Shown: positions 8,794 to 19,784, counted from the first letter of the stretch. The stretch is DNA of 64,000 nt from Gemmatimonadota bacterium (GCA_963666735.1 OY762926.1:736001-800000), one strand, 5' to 3'. A program made the numbers and translations. Notes: generated by a model not told the origin, from the sequence alone.

Positions 8794-11279
8794 TTCGCCG
8801 AAGAAGTCGTGGGCGTGGCGAACACCAGGCTGTCCTCATCTTCGGCGATGTCCACAAGGATCTGGTCGCCGGGCTCGAAGTCGGCCATCAGGATCCGCTC
8901 GGAAAGCGCATCCTCGACATGCCGTTGAATCGTGCGCTTGAGCGGACGCGCCCCGAACTTCTGGTCATAGCCGCGGTCCACGAGAAAACGGATCGCGGCA
9001 TCGGTCAGTTCGAGTTCGAGGCGCTCCTCCGCGAGGCGTTTCTGCACCTCACGGAGCTGGATATGCACGATCTCTCCCAGTTGGTCCTTCGAGAGCGGAT
9101 GGAAGACGATCGTCGCTTCGACCCGGTTCAGGAACTCGGGCGTGAACACGCGGTCGATCTCGTCCGAGACTCGTTCCCGGATCCGCTCGTAGTCGATCCC
9201 GCTCGCTTCCTCCGTGAAGCCCACGCGCGTCGAACTGCCGATGTCCCGGCTCCCGACGTTCGACGTCATGATGACGACGGTGTTCTTGAAGTCGATGACC
9301 CGGCCGTAGTTGTCCGTCAGCCGACCCTCGTCGAGCACCTGGAGGAGGATGTTGAAGACATCGGGGTGCGCCTTCTCGATCTCGTCGAGCAGGACGACGC
9401 TGTACGGCCGGCGCCGGATGGCCTTCGTGAGCGCGCCGGATTCCTCGTAACCGACGTAGCCCGGAGGCGCGCCGATGAGACGGCTCACGGAGAACTTCTC
9501 CATGTACTCCGACATGTCCACGCGCACGAGCGCGCTCTCCTCCGCGAACAGAAAGCGCGCCAGAGCCCGCGCCAGTTCGGTCTTCCCCACCCCCGTCGGA
9601 CCGCAGAAAATGAAGCTCCCGATGGGGCGGTCGGGATCCTTCAGACCCGCCCGCCCGCGGCGGATGGCGCGACTCACCGCCTCGATGGCCTCGTCCTGCC
9701 CGACGACGCTCTCGTGCAGTTCGTCCTCCATGCGGAGCAGGCGATCCGTTTCCGCTTCCCTGAGCCGGGTCACGGGAATCCCCGTCCAGCGGCCCACGAT
9801 GAAGGCGATGTCGTCCTCTTCGACCGTGGGGCGGAACTCGGCCCGCGCACGCTCCCACTCGTCGCGCCGGCGCTTGATCTCCTCCTGAACCTCCTTCTCG
9901 CGGTCCCTGAGGTAGGCGGCGCGCTCGAAGTCCTGGTCGCTGATCGCCGCGTCCTTCCACTCCGCGAGTTCCTCGAGCTTCGCGTGGAACTCCTGCACCT
10001 CGGCGGGCGGCACCTGCGCGGCGAGCCTCGATCGGGCGCCGGCCTCATCGATCACGTCGATGGCCTTGTCCGGGAGAAACCGGTCCGTGATGTAGCGCTC
10101 CGCCAGCCGGGCGGCGGCGGAGAGCGACGCATCCGGGATCTCCACGTTGTGGTGGTCCTCGTAATACTTCCGCAGCCCCTGAAGGATCTCGACGGTCTCG
10201 TCGATGGTCGGAGCCTCGACGATCACGGTCTGGAAGCGGCGCTCCAGCGCCCCATCCTTCTCGATGTACTTCCGGTACTCGTTCAGCGTGGAGGCGCCCA
10301 CGCACTGCAGCTCTCCGCGGGAGAGGGCCGGCTTGAGCATGTTCGATGCGTCGATCGCGCCTTCCGCCGCGCCGGCGCCGACGAGCGTGTGCAACTCATC
10401 GATGAAGAGGATCACGCCCTTCGCCTGCGAGGTTTCGTTCACGATCGCCTTGAGGCGCTCCTCGAACTGGCCTCGGTACTTGGTGCCGGCGATGACCGCG
10501 GCCATGTCGAGCGCAAGGACGCGGTGCCGCTTCAGGCTGTCCGGCACGTCGCCCCGCTGGATGGCCTGCGCGAGCCCTTCGACGATCGCCGTCTTGCCCA
10601 CTCCCGGCTCGCCGATGAGCACGGGGTTGTTCTTCTTGCGACGCGAGAGGACCTCCATCATGCGCTCGATCTCGCCCAGCCTGCCGATCGTCGGGTCGAG
10701 TTTTCCCTGGCTTGCGAGCTGCGTGAGATCCCGGCAGAAATGGTCCAGCGCCGGGGTCTTCGACTTCTTTTCCCCCTTCTTGCCGGACGAACTTGCGGGG
10801 TCGGATACGGAGGCCGCGGCGGGCGCGCCGCCGGCCGGCATGTCCGTCCCGAGCAGCTTCAGCGTCTCGGCCCGCGCGTTGTCGAGTCCGATTCCGGCCT
10901 CTCCGAGCGCCTTGGCCGCGAGCCCCTTCTCCTGGCGGAGAAGGCCGAGCAGAAGGTGTTCCGTCCCCACGTAGGTGTGGTTGAGTTCCTCCGTCTCGGC
11001 CATCGCGTGCTCGAGCACGTTCTTCGCCTGCGTCGTGTACGGGAGTTCGCCGATCGACGAACTGCTCTTCCCGGTCCGGATATTCCCCTCCACGAGCCGC
11101 TTCAGCTCTTCGAGGTCGGCGGACAGGTTGGCCAGGACCGCGGCGGCAACGCCCTCGCCTTCGCGAATCAGCCCGAGGAGGATGTGCTCCGTGCCCACGT
11201 AATCGTGCTTGAGGCGGATGGCCTCCTCGCGCGCCATGGCGAGCACCTTCCGAACACGATCCGTGAAGTTGTAGTTCAT
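8790..11279 (-). CDS. clpC: ATP-dependent Clp protease ATPase subunit ClpC
   Basis: Double Clp-N domain, [11 protein letters not shown] middle domain ([11 protein letters not shown]), GPTGVGKT and a VGF ClpP-docking loop. Confidence 0.96.
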   Translation of the reverse strand: MNYNFTDRVRKVLAMAREEAIRLKHDYVGTEHILLGLIREGEGVAAAVLANLSADLEELKRLVEGNIRTGKSSSSIGELPYTTQAKNVLEHAMAETEELNHTYVGTEHLLLGLLRQEKGLAAKALGEAGIGLDNARAETLKLLGTDMPAGGAPAAASVSDPASSSGKKGEKKSKTPALDHFCRDLTQLASQGKLDPTIGRLGEIERMMEVLSRRKKNNPVLIGEPGVGKTAIVEGLAQAIQRGDVPDSLKRHRVLALDMAAVIAGTKYRGQFEERLKAIVNETSQAKGVILFIDELHTLVGAGAAEGAIDASNMLKPALSRGELQCVGASTLNEYRKYIEKDGALERRFQTVIVEAPTIDETVEILQGLRKYYEDHHNVEIPDASLSAAARLAERYITDRFLPDKAIDVIDEAGARSRLAAQVPPAEVQEFHAKLEELAEWKDAAISDQDFERAAYLRDREKEVQEEIKRRRDEWERARAEFRPTVEEDDIAFIVGRWTGIPVTRLREAETDRLLRMEDELHESVVGQDEAIEAVSRAIRRGRAGLKDPDRPIGSFIFCGPTGVGKTELARALARFLFAEESALVRVDMSEYMEKFSVSRLIGAPPGYVGYEESGALTKAIRRRPYSVVLLDEIEKAHPDVFNILLQVLDEGRLTDNYGRVIDFKNTVVIMTSNVGSRDIGSSTRVGFTEEASGIDYERIRERVSDEIDRVFTPEFLNRVEATIVFHPLSKDQLGEIVHIQLREVQKRLAEERLELELTDAAIRFLVDRGYDQKFGARPLKRTIQRHVEDALSERILMADFEPGDQILVDIAEDEDSLVFATPTTSSAK

Positions 11280-11321
11280 CCGGGCCTCATGTGGCGTCGG
11301 CGAAACGGCCGGTGGCGTGAT

Positions 11322-12413
11322 TCAGTGCGATCCCGCGCTATTCAAGGCTCTTCGAACGTAGCTCGCGCGGAACGCGTCCGCATCCGCCTCGTCGAGCCGG
11401 CGCCCCGCCTCGCGCGCGAGATGTGCGGTCTGGGCATGGATCATCATGCGGCTGATCACGTCTACCCGGGGTGTTTTCAGAAGTTTCAGCGAGATGCCGA
11501 GTCGGACTCCGGAGAGGAGGTTCATCATCTCTTCGAAGGGCAGGCTCCTTGCGTGACGCAGAATCCCGTAGGCCCGCCAGACCTTGTCCTCGAGCACGTT
11601 CGGCGCTTCGCGCAGCAGGACGGCCCGCGCCTGCTTCTCGTATCCGATGACGCGGCCGACGAGGCGTTCGAGCTGGTCGATCAGATCCTCCTCGGTCTTG
11701 CCCAGAGTCGTTTGGTTCGAAATCTGGAACAGGTTCCCCACGATCCTCGAACCCTCTCCGTATAGACCCCGGTAGGTCACGCCGAGTTGCCCCATGCCCT
11801 CCAGCACCTTGCGGATCTGGCGGGTGAGGACGAGACCGGGCAAATGGATGAAGACGGAGGCCCGCAGCCCGGTCCCCACATTCGTCGGACAGGAGGTGAG
11901 GAAGCCGAACTCCTGGTGGAAGGCAAACGGAAGACGGGCGCCGATCTCCTCGTCCAGCTGGTCGAGGTCGCGCCACGCGGCCGCGAGCTGGAAGCCCCCG
12001 CGCAGCGTCTGCAGCCGGAGGTGATCCTCCTCGTTCACCATCATGCCGAGCGCCCGCGTCCGGGATAGGGCGAGGCCCGAGCCGCGACGCGGTCCGGTTT
12101 CGGGTCCGCCGATGAGTTCCTTGCTGACGAGGCGTCGTTCGAGCAGGAGGAGGCGATCCACCGGGCCGAGGCGCGAGATCTCCCAGAAATCGACCTCTTC
12201 GAGCACGCCCGCGGCCTCCGTCGCCGCTCGCGCCTTCTCGAGCAGGGCCTCGCGCTCTTCGCCGGTCGCGTGTGCGGAGAAGGAGTACCCCTGGAGGTTG
12301 CGGGCGAGGCGCACCCGACTCGAGACGACGATATCGCCATCCGGGCTCGCTTCGTCCAACCAGTCGAGACCGTGGGTTCCGATGGGCGGCACGGCCGCGG
12401 GCCCGTCCGTCAC
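11322..12413 (-). CDS. mcsB: Protein-arginine kinase McsB
   Basis: SSRVRLARN, NEEDHLR, LTSCPTNVGTGLRAS, RGLYGEGS and QISNQTTLG; located between mcsA and clpC. Confidence 0.93.
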   Translation of the reverse strand: MTDGPAAVPPIGTHGLDWLDEASPDGDIVVSSRVRLARNLQGYSFSAHATGEEREALLEKARAATEAAGVLEEVDFWEISRLGPVDRLLLLERRLVSKELIGGPETGPRRGSGLALSRTRALGMMVNEEDHLRLQTLRGGFQLAAAWRDLDQLDEEIGARLPFAFHQEFGFLTSCPTNVGTGLRASVFIHLPGLVLTRQIRKVLEGMGQLGVTYRGLYGEGSRIVGNLFQISNQTTLGKTEEDLIDQLERLVGRVIGYEKQARAVLLREAPNVLEDKVWRAYGILRHARSLPFEEMMNLLSGVRLGISLKLLKTPRVDVISRMMIHAQTAHLAREAGRRLDEADADAFRASYVRRALNSAGSH

Positions 12414-12904
12414 GACGCCTCCGTCAGGGCGTGGATCGCGTCTCTGAGGTCCGCCGCCGATTCGAAATCTTCGATCTCCACGGCCCGCTCAAGGCGTCGC
12501 CGGAGGGTGGAGAGGCGAACCTGCTCGGGGTCCGCGTCGAGGGCCGTGCTCACGTACACCTTCCCCATGTGCTGCGAGGAGCCGTGCACGCGGCGCAGGA
12601 GCGCCCGGAGCTGCCGGTGGAACTGCGCGTAGCACTGCGGGCAACCCAGCCTCCCCGATTTCCGGAAGTCGCCCGCCCCGGTGCCGCAGTACTCGCACGC
12701 CTCGCCGGCCTCGTCGAACAGCGTTTCCCCGGCGGCCCCGCCAAGGTGCGCCAGCAGATCCGCCATGGGCGCGGATCCGCCGCCGGCCGATACACCCTTC
12801 AGTGTCGCGCAGGTCGAACAGAGATTGAGCGTGCGCATCTCGTTGTTCTCAATCTCGGTGAGGGTGATCTTCGCCTTGCGCTCCCCGCAGTTCTCGCAAT
12901 CCAT
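12410..12904 (-). CDS. mcsA: McsA (CxxC motifs + UVR domain)
   Basis: Four CxxC motifs, GRLGCPQCY, HxGK and EDFESAADLRD. Confidence 0.92.
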   Translation of the reverse strand: MDCENCGERKAKITLTEIENNEMRTLNLCSTCATLKGVSAGGGSAPMADLLAHLGGAAGETLFDEAGEACEYCGTGAGDFRKSGRLGCPQCYAQFHRQLRALLRRVHGSSQHMGKVYVSTALDADPEQVRLSTLRRRLERAVEIEDFESAADLRDAIHALTEAS

Positions 12905-12936
12905 CGCGTTTCTCCGTTACGTCGCCCGGCGCCCCA

Positions 12937-13653
12937 TCACGCGGCGACGAGTTCCCCGCTCTCGATGCGCAGCACCCGGCCCGCGCGGCCCGCCAGTTCG
13001 CGGCTGTGCGTTACGACGACCAGCGCCGCGCCGTGTCCGTCCACCAGTTCGAACAGCAGATCGTGCAGGCGCAGTGTCGCCTCGGCGTCGAGGTTCCCCG
13101 ACGGCTCGTCCGCCAGCACGAGCGGGGGCGCGTTCGCCAGCGCCCGCGCCACCGCCACCCGCTGCTGCTCTCCGCCGGAGAGCCGGCGCGGCCGGTGGCG
13201 CGCCCGTTCCGCCAGCCCCACCTGAGCCAGGAGTTCCGCGGCCCGGTCCCGGGCTTCCTCCCTCGATGCGCCGGCGATCAACCGGGGCAGCATCACGTTC
13301 TCGAGCGCCGTGAAGTCGCGCAGCAGGTGATGGAACTGGAAGACGAAGCCGACGAACCGGTTTCTGAGTTCGGCCAGCCGCTCGCCTCCGAGTTCCGACA
13401 CCCGTTCGCCCCCCAGCCAGACGTCTCCCGCCGTCGGCCGGTCGAGGGCGCCGAGCAAATGTAGCAGCGTGGACTTCCCGGACCCACTCGGGCCCACGAT
13501 GGCCAGGGCATCCCCCGGGTCCACGGTGAGGTCGATCCCGTTCAGCACCGGAAGGAGACCGCCATCCGGGCTCGGGAAGGTCCGGACGAGCCCCGCCGCT
13601 CGCACCGCGGCTCCCGCCGCGGGCGACGCCTTACCGCCTCCGCCCGGCGTCAT
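12937..13653 (-). CDS. lolD: Lipoprotein-releasing ABC ATPase
   Basis: GPSGSGKST, GFVFQFHHLL, LSGGEQQR and DEPSGNLD. Start re-called to ATG 13653, an ATGA overlap with the permease stop. Confidence 0.9.
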   Translation of the reverse strand: MTPGGGGKASPAAGAAVRAAGLVRTFPSPDGGLLPVLNGIDLTVDPGDALAIVGPSGSGKSTLLHLLGALDRPTAGDVWLGGERVSELGGERLAELRNRFVGFVFQFHHLLRDFTALENVMLPRLIAGASREEARDRAAELLAQVGLAERARHRPRRLSGGEQQRVAVARALANAPPLVLADEPSGNLDAEATLRLHDLLFELVDGHGAALVVVTHSRELAGRAGRVLRIESGELVAA

Positions 13654-15002
13654 TCGTGACGGATGGCGTCGACCGGCGCGAGCGCCGCGGCTTTTCGCGC
13701 CGGATAGATCGTGGCCAGGTAGGAGATGAGCAGCGATCCGAGGATGATCAGCGTGACATCGAGCGGCGCGAGCGAGATCGGCAGGCGGTCGATGAAGTAC
13801 ACGTCGCTGGGGAGCGTGATGAACTCGTAGCGCGTCAGCGCCCAGGCGAGACTGGCGCCGAGCGCGGCCCCCAGGGTCGTACCGACGACGCCGATGAAGA
13901 GTCCCATGTTCGTGAACACCCTTCCGACGCTTCCGGCGGTCACCCCCATCGAGCGGAGAATCCCGATCTCGCGCGTGCGGTCCGCGACCATCATCACCAG
14001 CGTCGAGACGATGTTGAAGGAGGCGACGAGGATGATGAGGATGAGGACGACGGCCATGCCGAGCTTCTCGAGCCGGAGCGCGGAAAAGAGGCTCCTGTTG
14101 AGTTCCTGCCAACCCTCCACCCGGTACGGCCAGCCCAGCGCTTCCTCCACCCGCGCGGACACTTCCGTCGCCTCCCACGGGTCGCTCACGTCGAACTCGA
14201 TCCCGGTCACGGCTTCGCCGAGTCCGAACAGGGCCTGCGCGTCGGCGAGCGGGGCCATCGCAAGTTCGTCGTCGTACTGGTAGAGGCCGGTCTGGAAGAT
14301 CCCCGTGACCTCGAAGCGTTTCAGCGAAGCCGACAGCCCCGCGGCCGAGAGCGTCGCGTCCCGGGTGGACGCCGCGACGATGACCTTGCCCTGGTAGAGC
14401 CCCATCTTCTGCGCGAGGCCGCGTCCGACCACGATGCCCGGATTTCCGGACTCGGTCGGGCCGAAGGGCGGCTCCCCGATGATGAGGTGCTCGACGAGCC
14501 CGGCGATCCGCATCCCCTCCGGGTCGTCGGTGATCCCCCGCAGCACGACGGACTCGTTGTAGCGGTCGCCGGGCTGCGTGAGGATGATCTTGTTGAAGGC
14601 GAACGGGGAGGCCGCGATCACATCCTCGTCCTGCCGGACTCGCGCGAGCACCGTCTCCCAGTCCTCCATCTGGAACCCGCTATCGAGTTCCATCACGTGC
14701 GCGTGCGGCCCCCCGCTGAGGATCCGGTCCCTCAGGCTCTCCTGGAGGCCGTTGAGGACGCCGATTACGACAATGAGCGCCATCACGCCGACGGCCACGC
14801 CCCCCACCGCGAGACTCGATATGAAGGCGACGAGCCTCGAGTCCTTCTCGTCCACGGTGCCTGCGCCCGCCAGCGGCCGCCACGGCCTGCGGACGAAGCG
14901 GCCGAAGGCGCGGAATACCCCCGGCACCGACATGCGACGCCCCGTCCCCCGCAGATAGCGCCGCGCCACGAATCGTTCGAAGCGCCTCCGCCCTCCGCTC
15001 AA
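13650..15002 (-). CDS. Lipoprotein-releasing ABC permease LolC/E family
   Basis: RFVARRYLRG, GVMALIVVIGVLNG, VASFNIVSTL, EIGILRSMG, DVYFIDRLP and YPARKAA. Confidence 0.92.
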   Translation of the reverse strand: MSGGRRRFERFVARRYLRGTGRRMSVPGVFRAFGRFVRRPWRPLAGAGTVDEKDSRLVAFISSLAVGGVAVGVMALIVVIGVLNGLQESLRDRILSGGPHAHVMELDSGFQMEDWETVLARVRQDEDVIAASPFAFNKIILTQPGDRYNESVVLRGITDDPEGMRIAGLVEHLIIGEPPFGPTESGNPGIVVGRGLAQKMGLYQGKVIVAASTRDATLSAAGLSASLKRFEVTGIFQTGLYQYDDELAMAPLADAQALFGLGEAVTGIEFDVSDPWEATEVSARVEEALGWPYRVEGWQELNRSLFSALRLEKLGMAVVLILIILVASFNIVSTLVMMVADRTREIGILRSMGVTAGSVGRVFTNMGLFIGVVGTTLGAALGASLAWALTRYEFITLPSDVYFIDRLPISLAPLDVTLIILGSLLISYLATIYPARKAAALAPVDAIRHE

Positions 15003-16615
15003 GAGCGTCCCTCCCCGGCCCGCAGGATGGGAAAGAGGACGACGTCGCGAATCGAAGTCCGTCCCGTCAGCAGCATCACGAGACGGTCGACCCCGAGCCC
15101 GAACCCGCCCGTCGGAGGCAGCCCGTACTCCAGCGCCCGGACGTAGTCCTCGTCAATCGCCATGGCCTCCTGGTCGCCCGCCTCTCTCAGGCGTTGTTGC
15201 GCCGCGAACCGGTTCCACTGATCCGCCGGGTCGTTGAGTTCGCTGAACGCGTTCACGAGTTCGAAACCGCACACGACGACCTCGAACCGCTCCGCGAAGT
15301 CCGGCTCCCCCCGCATGGGCTTCGCGAGCGGGCTCATCTCGATCGGATGACCGTACACGAAGACCGGGTCCGTGATCCGGCCTTCGACCAGCTGCGAGAA
15401 CAGCGTGTCGAGAATCTGGACGCGGGACAGTTCGTCCGCGTCGGCGCGCCCGGTCTCCTTCGCCAGGGCGCGAAGATCGGCCTTCCCGGCCCGCCGCGGA
15501 TCGAGGCCGGTGGCCTCCGAGAAGGCCTCATCCCAACGGACGCGGGCCCAGGGTGCGGCGAGGTCGATGACCGTCCCATCGTATTCGAAGCGCGTCGTCC
15601 CCATCACCTCCCGCGCAACATCGCCGACCATCGTCTCGGTGAGCTTCATCACGTCGTCGTAGTCGGCGAACGCAAAGTACAACTCGAGCATCGTGAACTC
15701 GGGATTGTGCGTGCGGTCGACCCCCTCGTTCCGGAAGTCGTGCCCGATCTCGTACACGCGGTCGAGGTTCCCCACGATGAGCCGCTTCAGATAGAGTTCA
15801 TCGGCGATCCGCAGGAACATTTTCCGGTCGAGCCGGTGGTGGTGCGTGGAGAACGGCCGGGCGAGCGCGCCGCCGTAGAGCGGCTGCAGGATCGGAGTCT
15901 CCACCTCGAGGAAGCCGCGTGCGTCGAGCCAGCGGCGGAGTTCCGTGACGATTCTGCCCCGGATCCGGAAGACCTCGCGGACATCCGGATTCACCGCCAG
16001 GTCCGCATACCGCTGCCGGTAGCGGGAGGCCTGGTCGCTGAATCCGCTGTGCACGATCCGACGCCCATCCTCGGCGACCTCCTCCTTCCCGAACGGGAGC
16101 GGGCGAAGAGTCTTGGTCAGGAGGCACAGCGATTCCGCGCGAACGGTGACTTCGCCGCGCCGGGTCCGGAAGACGGCCCCCTCGACGCCGACCCAGTCGC
16201 CGAGGTCGAGCAGATCCATGAGCGCGGAGCCTTGGTCGCCCAGGAGGTTGCGGCGCAGGTGGATCTGCAGCCGCCCGTCGCGGTCGCCGATATGGGCGAA
16301 GGCGCTGCCTCCCAGGTCGCGATAGGAGAGGATGCGGCCCGCAACGCGGACACCCTCGAGTTCGGCCGCACCCACGCCGTCCGTCGCCCCTTCGGCGGCG
16401 GACTCCGCCTCCTCGAACGCCGCGAAGGCCTCGCGCAGTTCGTGGGAACGGCCGAAGGCGCGGCCATAGGGCTCGACGCCGAGATCGCGCAACCGGGCAA
16501 GCTTCTCGAAGCGGTCCCTCACGGGCTTCGGCCGCTCGTTCGAAGCGTACCAGCAGGCGGTACAGACGCCGTCCCGGAGCCCGGGAGTGTCGGAGCCGCA
16601 GGAAGGGCAGCTCAT
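14999..16615 (-). CDS. lysS: Lysyl-tRNA synthetase class II with N-terminal CxxC-x11-CxxC extension
   Basis: OB fold; RYRQRYADL, EVETPIL, RIADELYLKRL, FRNEG...HNPEF and YGLPPTGGFGLGVDRL. Start is ATG 16615, overlapping the prfB stop. Confidence 0.96.
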   Translation of the reverse strand: MSCPSCGSDTPGLRDGVCTACWYASNERPKPVRDRFEKLARLRDLGVEPYGRAFGRSHELREAFAAFEEAESAAEGATDGVGAAELEGVRVAGRILSYRDLGGSAFAHIGDRDGRLQIHLRRNLLGDQGSALMDLLDLGDWVGVEGAVFRTRRGEVTVRAESLCLLTKTLRPLPFGKEEVAEDGRRIVHSGFSDQASRYRQRYADLAVNPDVREVFRIRGRIVTELRRWLDARGFLEVETPILQPLYGGALARPFSTHHHRLDRKMFLRIADELYLKRLIVGNLDRVYEIGHDFRNEGVDRTHNPEFTMLELYFAFADYDDVMKLTETMVGDVAREVMGTTRFEYDGTVIDLAAPWARVRWDEAFSEATGLDPRRAGKADLRALAKETGRADADELSRVQILDTLFSQLVEGRITDPVFVYGHPIEMSPLAKPMRGEPDFAERFEVVVCGFELVNAFSELNDPADQWNRFAAQQRLREAGDQEAMAIDEDYVRALEYGLPPTGGFGLGVDRLVMLLTGRTSIRDVVLFPILRAGEGRS

Positions 16616-17725
16616 GCGCCCGTCTTGCCGGATTCCTGGAGGAACGCCTGGATGAAGCCGTCGATCTCGCCGTCCAGGACCGCGTCGACGTTGCCGACCT
16701 CGAGATTCGTCCGGTGGTCCTTGACCATCTTGTAGGGCTGCAGGACGTAGGACCGGATCTGTCGGCCCCACTCGATCCGCGTCTTTGTCCCCTCGAGTTC
16801 GGCCCGCCGCGCTTCCCGTTCCTCGACCGCCCGCTGGTAGAGGGCGGCCTGCAGCATCTTCATCGCCTTGGACTTGTTCTTGTGCTGGCTGCGCTCCTGC
16901 TGGCACGAGACGACGATACCCGTCGGGAGATGCGTGATCCGCACCGCGGAGTCCGTCTTGTTCACGTGTTGGCCGCCCGCCCCGGATGCCCGGAAGGTGT
17001 CGATCCTGAGATGCTCCTCGTTGACCGCGATCTCGATGTCCTCATCCACGACCGGGTAGACGAAGACCGAGGCGAAGGAGGTGTGGCGGCGTCCCTGCGA
17101 GTCGAAGGGGGAGATGCGCACGAGGCGGTGGACACCCCGTTCGGCCGAGAGATACCCGTAGGCGAACTGTCCTTCCACATCGAGCGTGGCCGACTTGATC
17201 CCCGCTTCGTCGGCCGGAAGAAGATCCATGACCTCGACATCGTAGTCGTGCTGCTCCGCCCAGCGCAGGTACATGCGCATGAGCATCTCGGCCCAGTCCT
17301 GCGACTCGGTCCCGCCGGCGCCCGGGTTGATCGTGACGAGCGCGCTGCGGTGGGCGTCCGCCCCCCGCAGCATGTTCCGCGATTCCAGGCGGGCAGCCTC
17401 CTTCTCCGCCACCCCGAGTCCCGCCTCGAGCTCCGCCTGCAGCTCCGCGTCGTCCTCCTCCCCGAGCAGGAGCGCCATCTCGGACAGATCGTCCACGCGA
17501 GCGGAGCAGTCCGCCCATGGGCGGGTCCAGCTCTTGAGGAGGTTCGTCTCGCCGATGACCTCCTTCGCCCCGTCGCGGTCGTTCCAGAAGTCCGGGGTCG
17601 CCATCTTCTTCTCGAGTTCGGCGATGCGGGTCAGCTTCGCGGGAATCTCAAAGATACCCCCGTAGCTCGTCGAGCCGGCCGCGCAGCGCTTCCGCGCGTT
17701 CTTTCTGTCTCACCAACTCCGTCAT
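16612..17725 (-). CDS. prfB: Peptide chain release factor 2, expressed via programmed +1 frameshift
   Basis: ORF0 from ATG 17725 (MTELVRQKERAEALRGRLDELRGYL) ends at CTT-TGA (17653-17648). The +1 frame continues EIPAKLTRIAELEKKMATPDFW and contains the SPF and GGQ motifs. Confidence 0.96.
17647..17662 (-). promoter_or_regulatory. prfB programmed +1 frameshift cassette (internal SD GGGGG + CTT TGA G)
   Basis: The minus strand reads CGGGGGTATCTTTGAG, matching the canonical AGGGGGTATCTTTGAC element. Confidence 0.93.
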
Positions 17726-17831
17726 TTCCGGCTCCAGGCCCTCCGCGCGAGCGGCAGGTCCGACTGGGGTATGATGGCTGGCCGTAAATAGACCACGTTT
17801 CCCCGCGGAAGGCGAACTTTCCGGGGCCGCG

Positions 17832-19784
17832 TCACACGAGGTCGAAATCGACCCGTCGCGCCTCGCGATCCACTCGGACGACCTGAACCTCCACGGGGTC
17901 GCCGAGCCGGTAGCTCCTCCGCGTGCGACGGCCCCGGAGCGCGTGCTTCGTCCGGTCGTGCACGTAATAGTCTCCCGCGAGGCGGCTCACGTGGACGAGT
18001 CCCTCGATGTCATACGCGTCGAGCCGGACGAAGAAGCCGAAGCGGGCGGTGGCGCTGATCGCGCCGGCGAAGTGATCTCCCACATGCCGCTCCATGAACT
18101 CGACCTTCTTGAGTTCCACCGAATCCCGCTCCGCCCGGGCCGCGTTCTCTTCGCGCGCCGAAGCCTGGCGGGCCGTCTCCGAGAGCCATTTCCGGCTCAT
18201 CCCGCGAACGCTCGCGGGCTCCGCCAGCCAGCGAGCCAGCTGCCGGTGGACCACGAGGTCCGGGTACCGGCGGATGGGCGAGGTGAAGTGGAGGTACGCC
18301 GGCGAAGCGAGCCCGAAATGGCCCTCGTTGCTCGTCTCATAACGGGCCTTGGCGAGACTCCGCAGCACCTGAACGGAGATGACCGGCCCCTCCGCCCTGC
18401 CCTTCACCGCGTCGAGCAGGCGCTGGAAGTCGCGCGGGCGCGGGTTCCGCTGCGGAAAGGAGAGCCCGAACTCGCCCGCCAGGAGGCGCAGCATTTCAAG
18501 CTTCTCGGGGTTCGGTTCCTCGTGGATGCGGAAGAGTACGGGCACCCCCTGCTCGATGGCCCAGTTCGCCACCGTTTCGTTCGCCGCGATCATCAGGTCC
18601 TCGATGAGCCGGTGGGAATCGAACCGCTCGCGCCGGCGCACGTCGACGGGAGCCCCCTTCTCGTCGAGTACGACCCGGGACTCCGGCAGGTCGAAGTCCA
18701 GGCTGCCCCGCGCCCTTCGCCGTTCACGGAGGGTCCGGCTCACCTCGAGCAACGCGCGAAGGTCGTCGCGCAGTCCCGGGTCGCCCTCCGTCGCCGGCGT
18801 GCCTTCGCCGTCCATCGCCTGCTGCGCTTCTTCGTAGGAGAGCCGGTGTGCGCTGCGGATGATGGCGCGGGCGAAGCGCGTCCCCCGGAGCCCTCCGCCG
18901 CGATCGACGGTGAGGAAGGCGGCCAGCGTGAGGCGGTCTTCGCCGGGGACGAGCGAGCAGAGGTCGCTTGACAGCGCGTGGGGGAGCATGGGGAGTACGC
19001 GGTCGACGAGGTACACGCTCGTGCCGCGCTCCCGAGCTTCCGCATCGAGCCCATCCCCCTCGCGCACGTAGTGCGATACGTCGGCGATGTGGATTCCGAC
19101 TCGCACGCCACCCCCGGCGAGCCGTTCGATGGAGATCGCGTCATCGTGATCGCGGGCGTCCACGGGGTCGATCGTGATCACGCGGTCAGCCCGACAATCC
19201 TCTCGACCTTCCAGATCCGCCGGCTGGATCCCCCGCGCGGCCAGGGCTCTCGCCGCCTCCTCGACGGCTTCCGGGAACGCATCGCCGATCCCGCAGCCCA
19301 CCTGGATCGCGAGCACCGCCACGCCGGGATCTCCGGAAGGCCCGAGCACGCGTTCGACGCGGCCCGCCGGGCCCGGACCCTCTTCCCCCCAGTCCGTGAC
19401 CTCGACGACCACGATGTCGCCGGGTTCGGCCTCTCCGCGATGGCGCGCCGGGATGAACAGGTCGATCCCGAGCTTCGGCTGGGTCACCTCAAGCCAGCCC
19501 TGCCCGCGTCCGCCGCGGAAGACGCCGACGAGGTGCGAGCGGGCCCGTTCGAGGACCTCGCTGATGGTCCCCCGGGGTCCGCGCCGGCCGCGGTCGTCGA
19601 TCCGCACCGTGACGCGGTCCCCGTCCACGGCCGTGCCGAGATCGCGGGCGCGGACGTAGACGTCTTCGTCTCCCTCGTCGGGGATGACGAAGGCCGCGCC
19701 GCTCTCGATCCGTTGCAGCCGGCCGCTGACGCGCCGGCCACCTCGGGATCGCCCGCGGCCGCGGGACCGTCCGCGGGGGGTCAG
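17832..19784 (-). CDS. rnr: Ribonuclease R
   Basis: Cold-shock domains, TIDPVDARDHDDAIS, HFTSPIRRYPDL and an S1 domain. The track ATG (19910) lies inside the upstream Trm112 gene, so CTG at 19784 (CTGA overlap) is proposed as the start. Confidence 0.93.
   Translation of the reverse strand: MTPRGRSRGRGRSRGGRRVSGRLQRIESGAAFVIPDEGDEDVYVRARDLGTAVDGDRVTVRIDDRGRRGPRGTISEVLERARSHLVGVFRGGRGQGWLEVTQPKLGIDLFIPARHRGEAEPGDIVVVEVTDWGEEGPGPAGRVERVLGPSGDPGVAVLAIQVGCGIGDAFPEAVEEAARALAARGIQPADLEGREDCRADRVITIDPVDARDHDDAISIERLAGGGVRVGIHIADVSHYVREGDGLDAEARERGTSVYLVDRVLPMLPHALSSDLCSLVPGEDRLTLAAFLTVDRGGGLRGTRFARAIIRSAHRLSYEEAQQAMDGEGTPATEGDPGLRDDLRALLEVSRTLRERRRARGSLDFDLPESRVVLDEKGAPVDVRRRERFDSHRLIEDLMIAANETVANWAIEQGVPVLFRIHEEPNPEKLEMLRLLAGEFGLSFPQRNPRPRDFQRLLDAVKGRAEGPVISVQVLRSLAKARYETSNEGHFGLASPAYLHFTSPIRRYPDLVVHRQLARWLAEPASVRGMSRKWLSETARQASAREENAARAERDSVELKKVEFMERHVGDHFAGAISATARFGFFVRLDAYDIEGLVHVSRLAGDYYVHDRTKHALRGRRTRRSYRLGDPVEVQVVRVDREARRVDFDLV

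Noticed and set aside
8919..11765. Very long plus-strand ORFs antisense to real genes (also 4723-6717, 40676-42601, 46509-49457, 50740-53106)
   Set aside because: Shadow ORFs caused by high GC and codon bias. The translations are R/G/V/D-rich with no motifs, and they lie opposite clearly conserved genes.
16612..17725. prfB as a frameshifted pseudogene or a novel recoding event
   Set aside because: It is the well-known RF2 autoregulatory +1 frameshift, so the gene is functional and the event is not novel.
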